Origin: Clostridiaceae bacterium
GTDB lineage: Bacteria > Bacillota > Clostridia > Saccharofermentanales > DTU023
DNA: 62,753 bases
Assembly: GCA_012838355.1 (NCBI GenBank)
Contig: DUPJ01000013.1
Location: 1 to 62,753 of the forward strand
Direction: 5' to 3'
A program made the translations under genes and the position numbers. The notes beneath the pieces were generated by a model. That model was not told the DNA's origin, did not search any database, and saw nothing but the letters and a program-made list of their open reading frames with translations. Positions within the stretch are counted from its first letter, which is position 1; every line of letters begins with the position of its first letter. Shown one piece after another: positions 28,682 to 38,911 of the stretch.

Positions 28682-31467
28682 TCTTCCGATTCTTCGATGT
28701 AGACGGGCAGCTTGCCGGGAGCGATCGCATCATTTGCATACGCGCCGCTATCCAGTGAATCAGCTAAACCATCTGCCGCCCGCTTCTTTGCGAGTTTTTG
28801 TGCTTTCCGTCTGCCGAGTACAGGGCAAAAAAGCCGCAAGGCAACGAGCAGCAGAGCAAATACCAGAAAACTGGCAAGCGTGACCAGAAGGCCGGTCGTG
28901 AAGCCGTCCGGTTTGAAGCGCATGACAATCTCGTGCTGACCGGCCGATACGGGGATGGCCATCATGCTCTTGTCTACTTCGGTGATCTCAACCGCACTGC
29001 CGTCCACAGATATCGTCCAGCCGGGATCGAACGGTATGGCGATGAAGAGCATGCCGTCTTTTGCGGCATCGACCGTACCTTCAATATGCGTGGAACGATG
29101 CGACCGTACATACATGGCGTCCTGCCACAGCAGGCCGACTGTGCGTTCCAGATCGGGCACGGACAGCTGACTGACATACAGCTCGAATTCACCGCTGCTG
29201 GCCGCATCGCTTTCCAATACGATATGGACGGTAACACTCGCATTTGCCGGCACATAACCGAGGTCGATCACACCGCTGCGTCGAACCGGTGCCGTAAATC
29301 GATTGTTGTCAATCAAAATGTCGGCATGCCGGCCCTTGTGACCGCGCAAATCAACACCGAGATACGTATTGGCACCGTTCGACGTATCCCAGCTGATTGA
29401 GAAGGTCGCTTCCTGGTCGGGCAGATCCTTGCCGAAATGGTAGACGCCCGGCGTCTCTGTCGGGCCCAGTACGCCGCCGACATGCTGGCCCAGGTCGATA
29501 CTGACCGGCGTCAGCACACGCCAGGCTTCCGTATTGGGCAGCATGGCCTCGAGCAGACTGGTCTGATTTTCAAACGGACTGCGATCGTGCGAGGTGAAGC
29601 TCAGTACGGCCGGATCGACCATATAGGCCAGCGGCAGCGCGTGGCGGTTCTCGTAGACGTAGACGCCGCCGTCATCATTTTTCAAGGTCAGTGTTCTCGC
29701 CTGCTCTGAGATTTTCGGCTGTTCTCGGTAAATCAGGTAGCGGATGCCGAGAAGGCTGTCCATCAGAATCGTTTGACCATCGTACTTATAGCTGTTGATG
29801 GCATTGCTGGAATACCCCATGTTTTTAAAGAAGGTGACGCCATCCTTGCGCATCGTTGAGGCAAATATGGTCGAGCCGTAAAAACCGTACAGGAACGGAT
29901 CATTTGATGTTTTGTCAGGTACAATTTCCGTTCGATAAAAAGCATCATCCGATGATTCTTGCAGCATGTCGGACGCCTTCCTGATCGCCTCGGCTGTCGT
30001 CCCGTATGCATAACCTTCACGCAGGCCGAAGTACTCGTTCTTGTCGAGATAGTGGAGCGATCCGCCCGTGTGCAGGACCATCTCGAAAAAGATGACCGAA
30101 AGCAGCACGAATGCAATCGGCTGGCGGCGCTGCCTGGCAAGCTTGAAGCGCGACAGGACAATCGTATAGACGATGAGGAAGAAAATCGTTGCATATACGG
30201 TGAACGTGGTAAATTTGAGCGTCGTTTCAGGCGCTGCCAGCAGCACCAGAATAATTGCGAGCATGCCGGTATAGCCAAGTTCACGATTGCCGAATGTCTT
30301 TACAGAAGGCAGCGCGTCATACAGGATAAAAATCAGAAGAAAAATATAGACGAACGAATTCCGGTACGGCAGCTGATTCGGAAAGTGCGTGCCATGCCAG
30401 AGAAAATTGAGGATGTTCGTATTAAAGCTGAGAATCAGGAATGCGAGCATGCCCAGGTTTGAAACACGCCGCCAGAGCGGAATGCGGGCTGAAAAGAAGT
30501 AAACGGGTACGAGCAGGAGGAGCAGGATGCCGCCGTACAGATTCGGCATGCCGTCACGCACGGTCGGTTCGAGAAGCATGACGTGCTGGGCAAAATAATC
30601 GATCAGATCAAACGTCGATTCGACTGTTTTCGGGAAGCTGTCGCCGGCCGCGGACGTCAGCTGGAGCGCCTTGTACGTTGGCCAGACCAGGACCGCGCTC
30701 ATGCCGATGCCAAGCAATGTCAGGCCGAGTGTCTTGAGCGACGTCAGCAGGCGTGCCGGCACGCCCTTCTCCGATCCGAACGTGAACAGCACGACCGGGT
30801 AATAGAAGAACGTAAATATCAGCACGAACATGGCCATGTAGTAATTGACGAACAGAAGGTAGCCCACGCTGATCGGATACAGCCAGTAGTTTTTCTCCCG
30901 CACGAGCAGGATCAGGCCAAGAATGACGAGCGGCATGGTGTAGAGGGCATCGAGCCACATGACATTCCAGCCGTAAGCCATTTGATAGCTTGACAGGGCG
31001 TACATTGTGGCAAACGCGATGGACAGCGGTCCGGTGCGAAGATACGCACGCCGCAGGAGCAGATTGAACGCGTATCCTGCCAGCGACACCTTAATCAGGG
31101 TCAGCATGAGAATGCCTTCAGCCAAAAAGGCCTTCGGGAAAATCAGGAGAATTAGATTCAGAGGACTGGCCAGATAATAGGCAAACAGAGAATAAAAATT
31201 GACACCCGTGCCGCCGCGAAATGAATAAAAGAGGCTGTCGCCGCTCAAGAGCTTATCGCGCAGTTCATTCAGGAACGGCGCGTACTGGTGATACAGGTCA
31301 ACCGTGAGAATGTGGCGGTCGCCGAACGGGAACACAAGCCGCGTCGCATAGCCGATCGCCAGAATGATGAATGGCAGCAAAAACGCGAGATATCCGTACG
31401 ACTGATTACTTCCGGGTGCCCGCATCATCCCGTCCTTTGTCCACCTGCTGATTTTCATAAGCCCCAC
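28678..31467 (-). CDS. YfhO-family polytopic membrane protein (putative glycosyltransferase)
   Basis: 929-aa ORF with many N-terminal TM helices, a large extracytoplasmic domain and a C-terminal TM helix. The start LAFLLPFIILAIGY..FPFGDRHILTVDLYHQYAPF is typical of YfhO. Confidence 0.75.
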   Translation of the reverse strand: MGLMKISRWTKDGMMRAPGSNQSYGYLAFLLPFIILAIGYATRLVFPFGDRHILTVDLYHQYAPFLNELRDKLLSGDSLFYSFRGGTGVNFYSLFAYYLASPLNLILLIFPKAFLAEGILMLTLIKVSLAGYAFNLLLRRAYLRTGPLSIAFATMYALSSYQMAYGWNVMWLDALYTMPLVILGLILLVREKNYWLYPISVGYLLFVNYYMAMFVLIFTFFYYPVVLFTFGSEKGVPARLLTSLKTLGLTLLGIGMSAVLVWPTYKALQLTSAAGDSFPKTVESTFDLIDYFAQHVMLLEPTVRDGMPNLYGGILLLLLVPVYFFSARIPLWRRVSNLGMLAFLILSFNTNILNFLWHGTHFPNQLPYRNSFVYIFLLIFILYDALPSVKTFGNRELGYTGMLAIILVLLAAPETTLKFTTFTVYATIFFLIVYTIVLSRFKLARQRRQPIAFVLLSVIFFEMVLHTGGSLHYLDKNEYFGLREGYAYGTTAEAIRKASDMLQESSDDAFYRTEIVPDKTSNDPFLYGFYGSTIFASTMRKDGVTFFKNMGYSSNAINSYKYDGQTILMDSLLGIRYLIYREQPKISEQARTLTLKNDDGGVYVYENRHALPLAYMVDPAVLSFTSHDRSPFENQTSLLEAMLPNTEAWRVLTPVSIDLGQHVGGVLGPTETPGVYHFGKDLPDQEATFSISWDTSNGANTYLGVDLRGHKGRHADILIDNNRFTAPVRRSGVIDLGYVPANASVTVHIVLESDAASSGEFELYVSQLSVPDLERTVGLLWQDAMYVRSHRSTHIEGTVDAAKDGMLFIAIPFDPGWTISVDGSAVEITEVDKSMMAIPVSAGQHEIVMRFKPDGFTTGLLVTLASFLVFALLLVALRLFCPVLGRRKAQKLAKKRAADGLADSLDSGAYANDAIAPGKLPVYIEESED

Positions 31468-31535
31468 CCAATCCGATACAATCCCAAATATTGTAGCACG
31501 GTGCAGCCTTTTCGTTTCCTTACAAGTTCTTGACA

Positions 31536-31562
31536 GGAAAAAAGCGGCACCGAAATGCCGCT
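31536..31562 (-). terminator. intrinsic terminator after the YtxH/DUF948 operon
   Basis: On the minus strand: GCGGCA-TTTCGG-TGCCGC followed by TTTTTTCC. Confidence 0.65.
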
Positions 31563-31612
31563 CTCATATTCTTATTCACGCGTAATGTGACAGACGCGAG
31601 GGTGCGCATCCG

Positions 31613-32083
31613 CTACTTCTTCTTTTTTTTGCCGAATAAACTGATCAGGATACTGGCCACAACGGCAACAGCATCCGCCGCTGATTCAAATGTGTCGGAT
31701 TTTACTCCGAACACCTTTTTCTTCGGCTTTACGAAACCGGATACGGCCCCTGCCATGCTGCTTGCCGCATCACCTACGCTGGATACGACACCGCTGACCG
31801 AGCCCGTCATTTTTTCCGCGTCATGCAGCATATGCGGCACTGTTTCAGTGGCTTCCGCAACGAGCTTGCTGACATTTTCCGTTATTGAAGGCAGCTGCTT
31901 CAATGATGCCGCCAACGGTTCTTCACTCGCTTTCATCGTAGTCGAGAGCGATTTGAGCAGACCGGCGACGCGCGCCAGCACGATGGCCAGAAAAACCAGG
32001 GCCGTAACGCCGGCTAATCCGAGCAAAATTTTGATCAGCTCATCCGCCGAGACAGAACTGTTTAACACGTACGTCCCGAACAT
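31613..32083 (-). CDS. DUF948-like membrane-anchored stress protein
   Basis: 156-aa ORF with one N-terminal TM helix, an Ala/Ser-rich helical region and a lysine tail (GKKKKK). It is paired with a YtxH gene, as in general-stress loci. Confidence 0.5.
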   Translation of the reverse strand: MFGTYVLNSSVSADELIKILLGLAGVTALVFLAIVLARVAGLLKSLSTTMKASEEPLAASLKQLPSITENVSKLVAEATETVPHMLHDAEKMTGSVSGVVSSVGDAASSMAGAVSGFVKPKKKVFGVKSDTFESAADAVAVVASILISLFGKKKKK

Positions 32084-32084
32084 A

Positions 32085-32534
32085 TCAGAACTTCTTTACG
32101 TTTTCTTTGGCTTTTGCAGCCGTTTCTTCAACGTGTTCGGCTGCGTCGGCGGCAGCATCCTTGGCGTCTTCCTTCGTCTTCTCAAGGCCGTTCTTTACGT
32201 TTTCTCTGACGTTTGCGGCAGTTTCTTCGACGTGTTCAGCGACGTCAGCGGCAGCATCTTTAACGTCTTCCTTCGTTTTCTCGAAGCCGCTCTTAATGTT
32301 TTCGACTTTTTCTTGCGCAATGTCCTTGACTTTGTCGGCCGTCTCCTTGACTTTATCAATACCGATTTCGGCCTGTGCTTTCAGATCGGCGCGCGTCTCT
32401 TTGCCGGACTTCGGCGCAAACATCAGACCGGCGATGCCGCCGGCGATAATGCCGCTCAAAAGACTGAATCCGGCACGTCCCCTGGCCTGCTGCTTCTCAA
32501 CGACATTAAAATAGTCCATCCATTTCTTTTTCAT
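32085..32534 (-). CDS. YtxH domain-containing protein
   Basis: 149-aa ORF with LLSGIIAGGIAGLMFAPKSGKETRADLK (YtxH signature), followed by charged helical repeats. Confidence 0.7.
   Translation of the reverse strand: MKKKWMDYFNVVEKQQARGRAGFSLLSGIIAGGIAGLMFAPKSGKETRADLKAQAEIGIDKVKETADKVKDIAQEKVENIKSGFEKTKEDVKDAAADVAEHVEETAANVRENVKNGLEKTKEDAKDAAADAAEHVEETAAKAKENVKKF
32088..32288. repeat. 99-nt tandem duplication inside the YtxH gene (33-aa protein repeat)
   Basis: TTCTTTACG recurs at 32092 and 32191. The protein copies are FEKTKEDVKDAAADVAEHVEETAANVRENVKNG and LEKTKEDAKDAAADAAEHVEETAAKAKENVKKF. Confidence 0.8.
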
Positions 32535-32654
32535 GTGGTTCTCCTTATACTCTCAATTTTTGGTGCATTGAAAGGGTCTTGCCTGCTTGTCTGATCAGTA
32601 TAACGTAAGAATACCGTGTTCGTTATCATGGTTACGTGAGACACAAAGAGAAAA

Positions 32655-33012
32655 GGCGCGTTTCCGGTTACCCTGTAAGCCGGGTTCTGTCTGGAATCGT
32701 CATCTATCTGGACCGCATCTCGCGACGCGGTTCGAGCCACCTCCATCGACATTCGGGTCAAATGCTTGTCGGCCGCGGTGTTGCTCCGGACGGGGTTTAC
32801 ACAGACGGGATCCGTCGCCGGATCCCCGGTGCGCTCTTGCCGCACCTTTTCATCCTTACCGTAAAACGGCGGTTATTTTCTGTTGCACTTTCCTTGAAGT
32901 TGCCTTCACCGGGTGTTACCCGGCGCCCTTACCCTGGGGAGCCCGGACTTTCCTCACCCGCATAGCGTTGGCACAACGGGCGCGACGATTCAGGTAGCCG
33001 GAAACGACTGCC
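32655..33012 (-). ncRNA. rnpB: RNase P RNA (bacterial)
   Basis: Reverse-complement reading shows GAGGAAAGTCCGGGCTCC (universal P4 region), ACAGAAAATAACCGCC, and a 3' CAGAACCCGGCTTACAGG. P1 pairs CGTTTCCGGCTACCTG with CAGGGTAACCGGAAACG. An extended -10 element TGCTATAAT lies just upstream (33027..33019). The ends are good to about 10 nt. Confidence 0.85.
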
Positions 33013-33033
33013 TGATTAATTATAGCAGTCATG

Positions 33034-33807
33034 TCAACGGACGGGAGCGTACACGGGGAGAGCCGGAAATGAATCATTCAGAAGCGTCTTGACGTGGCCC
33101 ACAAACGGCATTTCGGTGCGGTCATGGCCGGCGACGATAAGATCAATGCCGCGCGCGGCCAGCATCAGAGACAAGTGGTGCTTGCATTCACCGGCTATCA
33201 GCAAATCGACCCTCCGCGCCTGACACGCCAGGACAACCTCTTCATCCATGGAGCCGGGCCAGACTGCCAGCACGCGAACAAAACGGCTCAGATCACCGAC
33301 CAGGCGGGCGAACGGTGCGTCCAGCCTGTCCATGCAGAGCTGCAGCAAGCGGCCGGTCGTCTCATTCAGGTTTGAAAGCACCCTGCCAAACCCTTCATCG
33401 AACGCATGTGCGTCAAGCGCCACAAGCGGTTTTGCCTGCTGCTCGGGAAAGAGAATGCCGGCAAGGAGATCGGCCGTCCCGCCCCGGCAGGCATCGGCAT
33501 TGGTATGCGCTGCAAAAAGTGCGACTCCATTCTCTGCGCAGGTCAGCAGGTTATCGCCCTCGGGACTTTCAGATGTCAGGGTCTGAAGCGGCTGATAAAT
33601 CGGCGGATGATGCGTGATGATCATGCCGGCATCCTCCGAGAGCGCCGCCTCGATAACATCGGATGTCAGGTCAAGTGACACGGTTATCCCCCTGACCGCC
33701 GCATCCGGCCGTCCGAGGCAGAGGCCGACCGGATCTCCCGGCATCGCCAGAACCGGCGGCGCATATCGTTCCATCGCCTGCACAATATCCTGTACCTTGA
33801 TCGTCAT
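33034..33807 (-). CDS. Nif3-like dinuclear metal centre protein (YqfO family)
   Basis: 257-aa ORF with the ITHHPPIYQP motif and a C-terminal AGHDRTE motif. It sits downstream of trmK, as in Bacillus. Confidence 0.85.
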   Translation of the reverse strand: MTIKVQDIVQAMERYAPPVLAMPGDPVGLCLGRPDAAVRGITVSLDLTSDVIEAALSEDAGMIITHHPPIYQPLQTLTSESPEGDNLLTCAENGVALFAAHTNADACRGGTADLLAGILFPEQQAKPLVALDAHAFDEGFGRVLSNLNETTGRLLQLCMDRLDAPFARLVGDLSRFVRVLAVWPGSMDEEVVLACQARRVDLLIAGECKHHLSLMLAARGIDLIVAGHDRTEMPFVGHVKTLLNDSFPALPVYAPVR

Positions 33808-34481
33808 GCATCTATCCTCCCGATGTATTGTTCCAGCCGCGCCAGCGGCGATGCGGCCGTCGGATCATGCCTCACGACACGGCTGAGATGGCGTTTGAGC
33901 CGCCTCATATAAAGCAAAAAAGCGGCGTCCCCGAAATCGGCGTCCAACTGCGTCAGACAATGCGGGCCGATCCAGCGTTCGTCATCACTATACATTATTG
34001 ATTTGACTGAAGGTTTGACCGTCATCACCAGATATGTGCGCCCGCCTTCAGCCTTCACGGTCTCCGCCACGATCGCGAGGGACAGCTGAGAAAGCGTTTC
34101 ACGCAAAACTTCAGCGCGCGAATGCGGTGACAGCACATACATGGCGGCAGCCGATTCGATCTGAGTCAGTATCTGACCGATCTCCACACCGCCCAATCCG
34201 GCGATAACCACGCAGTCTCCAGCCTGAAGCAAACCGCTCGGGATGCCGTCGCCCCTGATTAGGGTCAGACGATCGTCCAGGCCCCAGCGCGAGACGTTTT
34301 TGGCGGCAACGCGCAGCGGTCCGTCTTTGTTGTCGATGGCCACCGCCTTCGCTTCGGGATCGCCGAGCAAATAATAAATCGGCAGCAGTGCGTGGTCACA
34401 CCCGACATCAATCAGGCGGGCACCGGGCAAAACAAGAGAGGCAATAAATCGGAGCCGGTCACTGACGCGGGGCGGTCTCAA
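33804..34481 (-). CDS. trmK: tRNA (adenine22-N1)-methyltransferase
   Basis: 225-aa ORF with [16 protein letters not shown] and IAGLGG motifs. Its ATG overlaps the rpoD stop. Confidence 0.8.
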   Translation of the reverse strand: MRPPRVSDRLRFIASLVLPGARLIDVGCDHALLPIYYLLGDPEAKAVAIDNKDGPLRVAAKNVSRWGLDDRLTLIRGDGIPSGLLQAGDCVVIAGLGGVEIGQILTQIESAAAMYVLSPHSRAEVLRETLSQLSLAIVAETVKAEGGRTYLVMTVKPSVKSIMYSDDERWIGPHCLTQLDADFGDAAFLLYMRRLKRHLSRVVRHDPTAASPLARLEQYIGRIDA

Positions 34482-36151
34482 TCGAGATACTCCCTCAATT
34501 TGCGGCTTCGGCTCGGGTGGCGCATTTTGCGCAGGGCCTTCGCCTCGATCTGACGAATGCGCTCGCGCGTGACATTGAATTCACGGCCGACTTCCTCCAG
34601 TGTGCGCGTACGTCCGTCGTCAAGACCGAAACGCAGTCGCAGCACCTTTTCCTCGCGCGGCGTGAGGCCTTTCAAAACCTCCATAATCTGTTCCTTCAGC
34701 AAGGTAAAGGCCGCCTGATCCGCCGGTGACGGGGCGTCATCGTCGGGTATGAAATCACCCAGATGGCTGTCTTCTTCTTCCCCGATCGGTTTTTCCAGCG
34801 AAACGGGTTCCTGCGATATTTTCATGATCTCCCGCACCTTGTCGGGGGTCAGGCCGATGGCCGCTGCGATCTCATCCACTTCAGGTTCCCGGCCCAGTTC
34901 CTGCAAAAGCTGACGCTGTATGCGAATCAGCTTGTTGATCGTTTCCACCATATGAACGGGGATGCGGATCGTTCTTGCCTGGTCGGCAATGGCGCGCGTA
35001 ATCGCCTGTCGAATCCACCAGGTCGCGTACGTCGAGAATTTGAATCCCTTCGTGTAGTCAAATTTGTCGACGGCTTTCATCAGGCCAAGATTGCCTTCCT
35101 GAATCAGGTCGAGGAACTGCATGCCGCGTCCCGTATAGCGTTTGGCAATACTGACGACCAGCCTTAGATTCGCTTCGGTCAGCTGCTGTTTCGCGTACTC
35201 GTCGCCTTCTTCCATGCGCTTGGCCAGATCCTTTTCCTGATCGGCCGTGAGCAGGTCTACCTTGCCGATTTCCTTGAGATACATGCGGACGGGATCGTCG
35301 ACCGTCATGGCATCATTGAATGCCTCCGCCTTCTTGCTGGTTTCACGCGTATCATCATCGCTGTCCACGATTTCGATGCCGGCACGCTCCAGTCCCTCGA
35401 TAATTTCATCCAGCTTATCTTCGTCATAATGAATCTTCTGCAGATAATCGAGGATTTCAGTCTGACTCAGCTGGCGATCCTTGCCGCGCGACTTCTGCAC
35501 GAGCGGGCGGAGAACGGCCAGGTCAAATGCCTGCAGCTCATGGTTATTTTCCACGTCCAGATCATCTTCGTCATCGTCTGTGTCGGCATCCTCCTCCTCT
35601 TCTTCCTCCACGTCGTCGACAAGGACATCACCCAGATCATCCTCATCCTCGACGTCACTGTCATCCAGACTGTCAAAATCCGGATCCTCATCTTCATCTG
35701 GCAGGTCGTCAGCATCAGCGTCCGCAAGAACGAGAACGTCCGTTTCAGGCGCTGACTTGGATTTACGCCTGGACGTTGACTTCTTCACCGTTTCCGGTGC
35801 AAGCGCTGCCTCATCTTGCGATGCCGATTCACCTGTCCCGGCAATTATTTTTTTCGCTGAGGAGCGTTTGCGCGCTGCTGCCGGCTTGACTTCAGGCGTC
35901 GCTTCTTCTTCTGCGGCAGCCTCGGGTTCGGCTTTCGCCTTTGTCTTCTTTGCCGGAGCGCGTTTTTGTTTTGCCGCCGGCTTGACTTCAGTCGCCGTCA
36001 CGTCTTCTGCGGCAGCCTCGGGTTCGGCTTTCGCCTTTGTCTTCTTTGCCGGAGCGCGTTTTTTCTGCGGCACCGCTTTTGTTTTAGCTCCGCTCTCGCT
36101 CGGCAGCGTCACTTCATTTTCCATTGTCTCGTTCGCATTATCCTTAGCCAC
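34478..36151 (-). CDS. rpoD: primary RNA polymerase sigma factor (SigA/RpoD) with a long repeat-containing N-terminal extension
   Basis: The C-terminal ~300 aa are canonical regions 1.2-4.2 ([52 protein letters not shown]). I chose the GTG start at 36151 because it has an AGAGGA RBS. ATG 36124 is an alternative. ATG 36253 from the track lacks an RBS and overlaps dnaG. Confidence 0.9.
   Translation of the reverse strand: MAKDNANETMENEVTLPSESGAKTKAVPQKKRAPAKKTKAKAEPEAAAEDVTATEVKPAAKQKRAPAKKTKAKAEPEAAAEEEATPEVKPAAARKRSSAKKIIAGTGESASQDEAALAPETVKKSTSRRKSKSAPETDVLVLADADADDLPDEDEDPDFDSLDDSDVEDEDDLGDVLVDDVEEEEEEDADTDDDEDDLDVENNHELQAFDLAVLRPLVQKSRGKDRQLSQTEILDYLQKIHYDEDKLDEIIEGLERAGIEIVDSDDDTRETSKKAEAFNDAMTVDDPVRMYLKEIGKVDLLTADQEKDLAKRMEEGDEYAKQQLTEANLRLVVSIAKRYTGRGMQFLDLIQEGNLGLMKAVDKFDYTKGFKFSTYATWWIRQAITRAIADQARTIRIPVHMVETINKLIRIQRQLLQELGREPEVDEIAAAIGLTPDKVREIMKISQEPVSLEKPIGEEEDSHLGDFIPDDDAPSPADQAAFTLLKEQIMEVLKGLTPREEKVLRLRFGLDDGRTRTLEEVGREFNVTRERIRQIEAKALRKMRHPSRSRKLREYLD
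35881..36072. repeat. 96-nt tandem duplication in the rpoD 5' region (32-aa Lys/Ala/Pro/Glu-rich repeat)
   Basis: CCGGCTTGACTTCAG occurs at 35881 and 35977. CTGCGGCAGCCTCGGGTTCGGCTTTCGCCTTTGTCTTCTTTGCCGGAGCGCGTTTTT occurs at 35911 and 36007. The protein repeat is [25 protein letters not shown], twice. Confidence 0.85.
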
Positions 36152-36231
36152 GTATCGTCCTCTTTCATGTCCTTCTCGCCATCGAGTTGTTTCGCAAAAG
36201 GCGTTCTTGCTGATTTGATTTTCGTATTCGT

Positions 36232-38010
36232 CTAAATGCGCTTCTGGCGCCATGTATTATACTGTTCAGATGCTTCTTTCAGCAGATTTTGGAGCGGTTT
36301 TCTCGCTTCTTCGTCCTGAGCCTGTTCAATGGCTTCAAGCAGAGCGTGCTTTTCTCGCTCAAAACGCCGTACTTTCAGTGCGGCAACGGCCCGGCGATAC
36401 ATGACAGTCCCGCCATCCGCCTGCTCCGACTTAATGGCGGCGGCCAGGAGCGCATCCGCCAGTTCAGGTGCGGCCTCTTCAACGAGACTCAGCAGGTACT
36501 GATAACTGTAACGTTTGGCGGCCATGGCTCCCTGCATGCTCTCAAAAAACGGGCGGAATCCCTCTTCCAGAAAGTCTTCCTCCTCAAGCGCAAACCCCTT
36601 CGTTTTCTGCAGGTCAGGATTATTTGAAAGCGCGAGCAAAACATACGTTTCGTCCGCCACCTGAGCCGCGGACGCGCGCGGTTTCGGCCTCGGTGTTTCC
36701 ACCGCAGTCTCTGCTTCATTCCGCCGCTTGCGAGCCACTTCCTCCTGAACCGCCGCCGGAGACGCGTGCAGCACTCTGGCAACCAGTTCAGCCTTCAGTT
36801 CACGCATGACTGCATTTTCCTCTGCCGCGAGCAAATCGGTTGCTTCGCGCTGATAGCGAAACACGTCGAGTTCACCGTCATCCTGTCTGGCCTGCTTTTC
36901 AATCAGGCGGAGCTTGAAATCGAGTTCATCCATTTTTGTTTCGAGCAGGGCTTTGAAACGGGACGCTCCATTTTTCCGTATGTACAGATCCGGATCCTTG
37001 AATTCAGGTACAGTCACAACCGATGCAAACACCTGCTTCTGCCGAAGCAGCTCAAGCGCCCGCAGCGATGCATTGATGCCCGCTTCGTCCGCATCGAGAC
37101 AAAGCGTTACCGGCCGGTCCATCTGAGCCAGAAGCTGCGCCTGGCGAGACGACATCGCAGTGCCGAGCAAAGCCACAGCCGTCGTCAATCCGGCCGCATG
37201 CAGAGAAATGGCATCGAAATAGCCCTCCGTCACGATCAGCGCTTCGTCTTTTTGCTTCTTGGCCAGATTCATGGCAAACAGATGCCGTCCCTTGGTGTAA
37301 AGCTCCGTCTCTTTCGAATTGATGTATTTCGCCTTCTCTTCACCCATCGCCCGTCCGCCGAAGGCCACAATCTGGCCTAGAAAATCAAAGATCGGGATCA
37401 TCAGGCGATTGCGAAAAACGTCGATAAGACGGCCATTCGATGCGCGCTGACAAACGCCTGCGGCAATGGCATCCGTCTCGGCAATGCCTTTTTCACGCAA
37501 ATGCAGCGTCAGCCGATCCCAGGCATCCGGGGCATACCCCAGTCCGAACGCGCGCTGTGTCGGCACGCTGATGCCGCGGCCCAGCAGATAGCGTTTCGCT
37601 TCATTGCCTTCCTGGACCGACAATGTGCGGTAAAAAAATCGTGCCGACTCGAGCAGAACCTGACGCAGACGCTGTTCCGCTTCCCGCCTCTGCCGATAAG
37701 ATTCATCTTCATCCAGCCTGATCTCAATGCCGGCCGCATCGGCCAGCGTCTGCACAGCCTCACGGAACGGCACGTGCTCTATTTCCGAGATGAATTTAAT
37801 GGCATTGCCGCCCTTGTGACAGCCGAAACAATAGAAGATGCGCTTGGCCGGCGACACAGAAAAAGACGGGGTCTTTTCACTGTGAAACGGACACAGGCCG
37901 AACAGACTGCCGCCTTTTTTTTCCAGACGCACATAGCGCGACACGACATCGACGATATCGGTCTCGTTCAAAATCTGATCAATGGTGTCCTGCGGGATTC
38001 TGCCTGCCAT
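36232..38010 (-). CDS. dnaG: DNA primase
   Basis: Trimmed to [27 protein letters not shown]. It has a zinc ribbon ([17 protein letters not shown]) and a Toprim domain (VTEGYFD..LDADEAG). Confidence 0.92.
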   Translation of the reverse strand: MAGRIPQDTIDQILNETDIVDVVSRYVRLEKKGGSLFGLCPFHSEKTPSFSVSPAKRIFYCFGCHKGGNAIKFISEIEHVPFREAVQTLADAAGIEIRLDEDESYRQRREAEQRLRQVLLESARFFYRTLSVQEGNEAKRYLLGRGISVPTQRAFGLGYAPDAWDRLTLHLREKGIAETDAIAAGVCQRASNGRLIDVFRNRLMIPIFDFLGQIVAFGGRAMGEEKAKYINSKETELYTKGRHLFAMNLAKKQKDEALIVTEGYFDAISLHAAGLTTAVALLGTAMSSRQAQLLAQMDRPVTLCLDADEAGINASLRALELLRQKQVFASVVTVPEFKDPDLYIRKNGASRFKALLETKMDELDFKLRLIEKQARQDDGELDVFRYQREATDLLAAEENAVMRELKAELVARVLHASPAAVQEEVARKRRNEAETAVETPRPKPRASAAQVADETYVLLALSNNPDLQKTKGFALEEEDFLEEGFRPFFESMQGAMAAKRYSYQYLLSLVEEAAPELADALLAAAIKSEQADGGTVMYRRAVAALKVRRFEREKHALLEAIEQAQDEEARKPLQNLLKEASEQYNTWRQKRI

Positions 38011-38133
38011 GTACCTTTTCATCCACTTCCTGAAGCGGCCTGAAATTAAAACTGCTCCGTCTGTATATACGACACGGAGCAGCCGCATACCTTCTTTTGG
38101 CATGCACTTCAGGGTGCGCCGCCAGGCGAGGCC

Positions 38134-38898
38134 CTACATCATGGCAACGTCGTTCACGATCAGGTTGAAAGTCAGGCCGAGAAAGAGCGCGGCATGCCGG
38201 CACATCAGCATGCGGCTCAGGAATATTTCAAAGTAATCCGAGACGGTTGAAATCGCGGTATCGACTGTCAGTCTGAGGTGACACGTTTTCGCCTCTGTAT
38301 CAATCGTCAGCTCGGAATGTGTCACAGCATAATTGACACGGTCGTGAATATCGAAATTGTCCAATCCATCAAGATTGTTGACGCGTGATCGGTGAACATC
38401 CGATTTATCGGACAAAATCACGGCTGCGGCAATGGCATTGACGGGCTGGCCGACCCCTTCATCATGATTGGCTATGGCCGTGGCGACCAGAATCGCATCG
38501 GCATAATCGCAGCCGAGACGCACCAGCAGCTCGTAGGCGAGCTGGGCGCCGATCAGTTCGTGTCCCGGACGCGAAATGGCGTTGCCGATGTCATGCAGAT
38601 AGCCCGCGATTTTCGCGATTTCCACTTCACGCTTTGAAAAGGACAGCGCAGACAGCACATAGCCGGCCCGCTCAGCGATGAGCGAGGTATGGCGTTCCGA
38701 ATGATCCGTATAGCGCAATGCCTCCATCATATGTCTGGCGCCCGTGATCAGCGCTTTGACCTCAGCATCCTGTTTCACCGTTTCCAGTGTGACACTCGGT
38801 TCTTCGACGACTTCTGCAGGCGGTGCATAAGGCGATTCGGATTCTGCCGCGGTTCGCCTGGAAAAATAGAGTCGATCGTCACTCGTTTTGTCGTACAT
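38134..38898 (-). CDS. HD-domain metal-dependent phosphohydrolase
   Basis: Trimmed to MYDKTSDD with an AAGGAGA RBS. It has H..HD motifs (HSERH.., GYLHDIGN, ANHDEG). Confidence 0.7.
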   Translation of the reverse strand: MYDKTSDDRLYFSRRTAAESESPYAPPAEVVEEPSVTLETVKQDAEVKALITGARHMMEALRYTDHSERHTSLIAERAGYVLSALSFSKREVEIAKIAGYLHDIGNAISRPGHELIGAQLAYELLVRLGCDYADAILVATAIANHDEGVGQPVNAIAAAVILSDKSDVHRSRVNNLDGLDNFDIHDRVNYAVTHSELTIDTEAKTCHLRLTVDTAISTVSDYFEIFLSRMLMCRHAALFLGLTFNLIVNDVAMM

Positions 38899-38911
38899 AC
38901 AGGTCTCCTTC

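Noticed and set aside
31530-32594. 354-aa plus-strand ORF, and similar long antisense ORFs elsewhere (for example 35481..36218 +, 22000..22593 +, 53429..54265 -, 13329..14150 +, 24384..24884 -, 59453..60274 +, 61606..62301 +)
   Set aside because: Each lies fully antisense to a gene with clear family motifs. Their products are low-complexity (Ser/Arg/Ala/Pro-rich) and they lack RBSs. Long spurious antisense ORFs are expected in GC-rich DNA.
33399-33412. Near-match to a LexA box (CGAACGCATGTGCG)
   Set aside because: It has one mismatch in the conserved GTTC half-site and lies deep inside the Nif3-like coding region with no promoter context. It is probably a chance match.
35881-36072. Tandem repeats considered as a possible CRISPR array or minisatellite (also 32088..32288)
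   Set aside because: There are only two copies and no spacers. The repeats are in frame within rpoD and the YtxH gene, and their periods (96 and 99 nt) are multiples of three. They are coding duplications.
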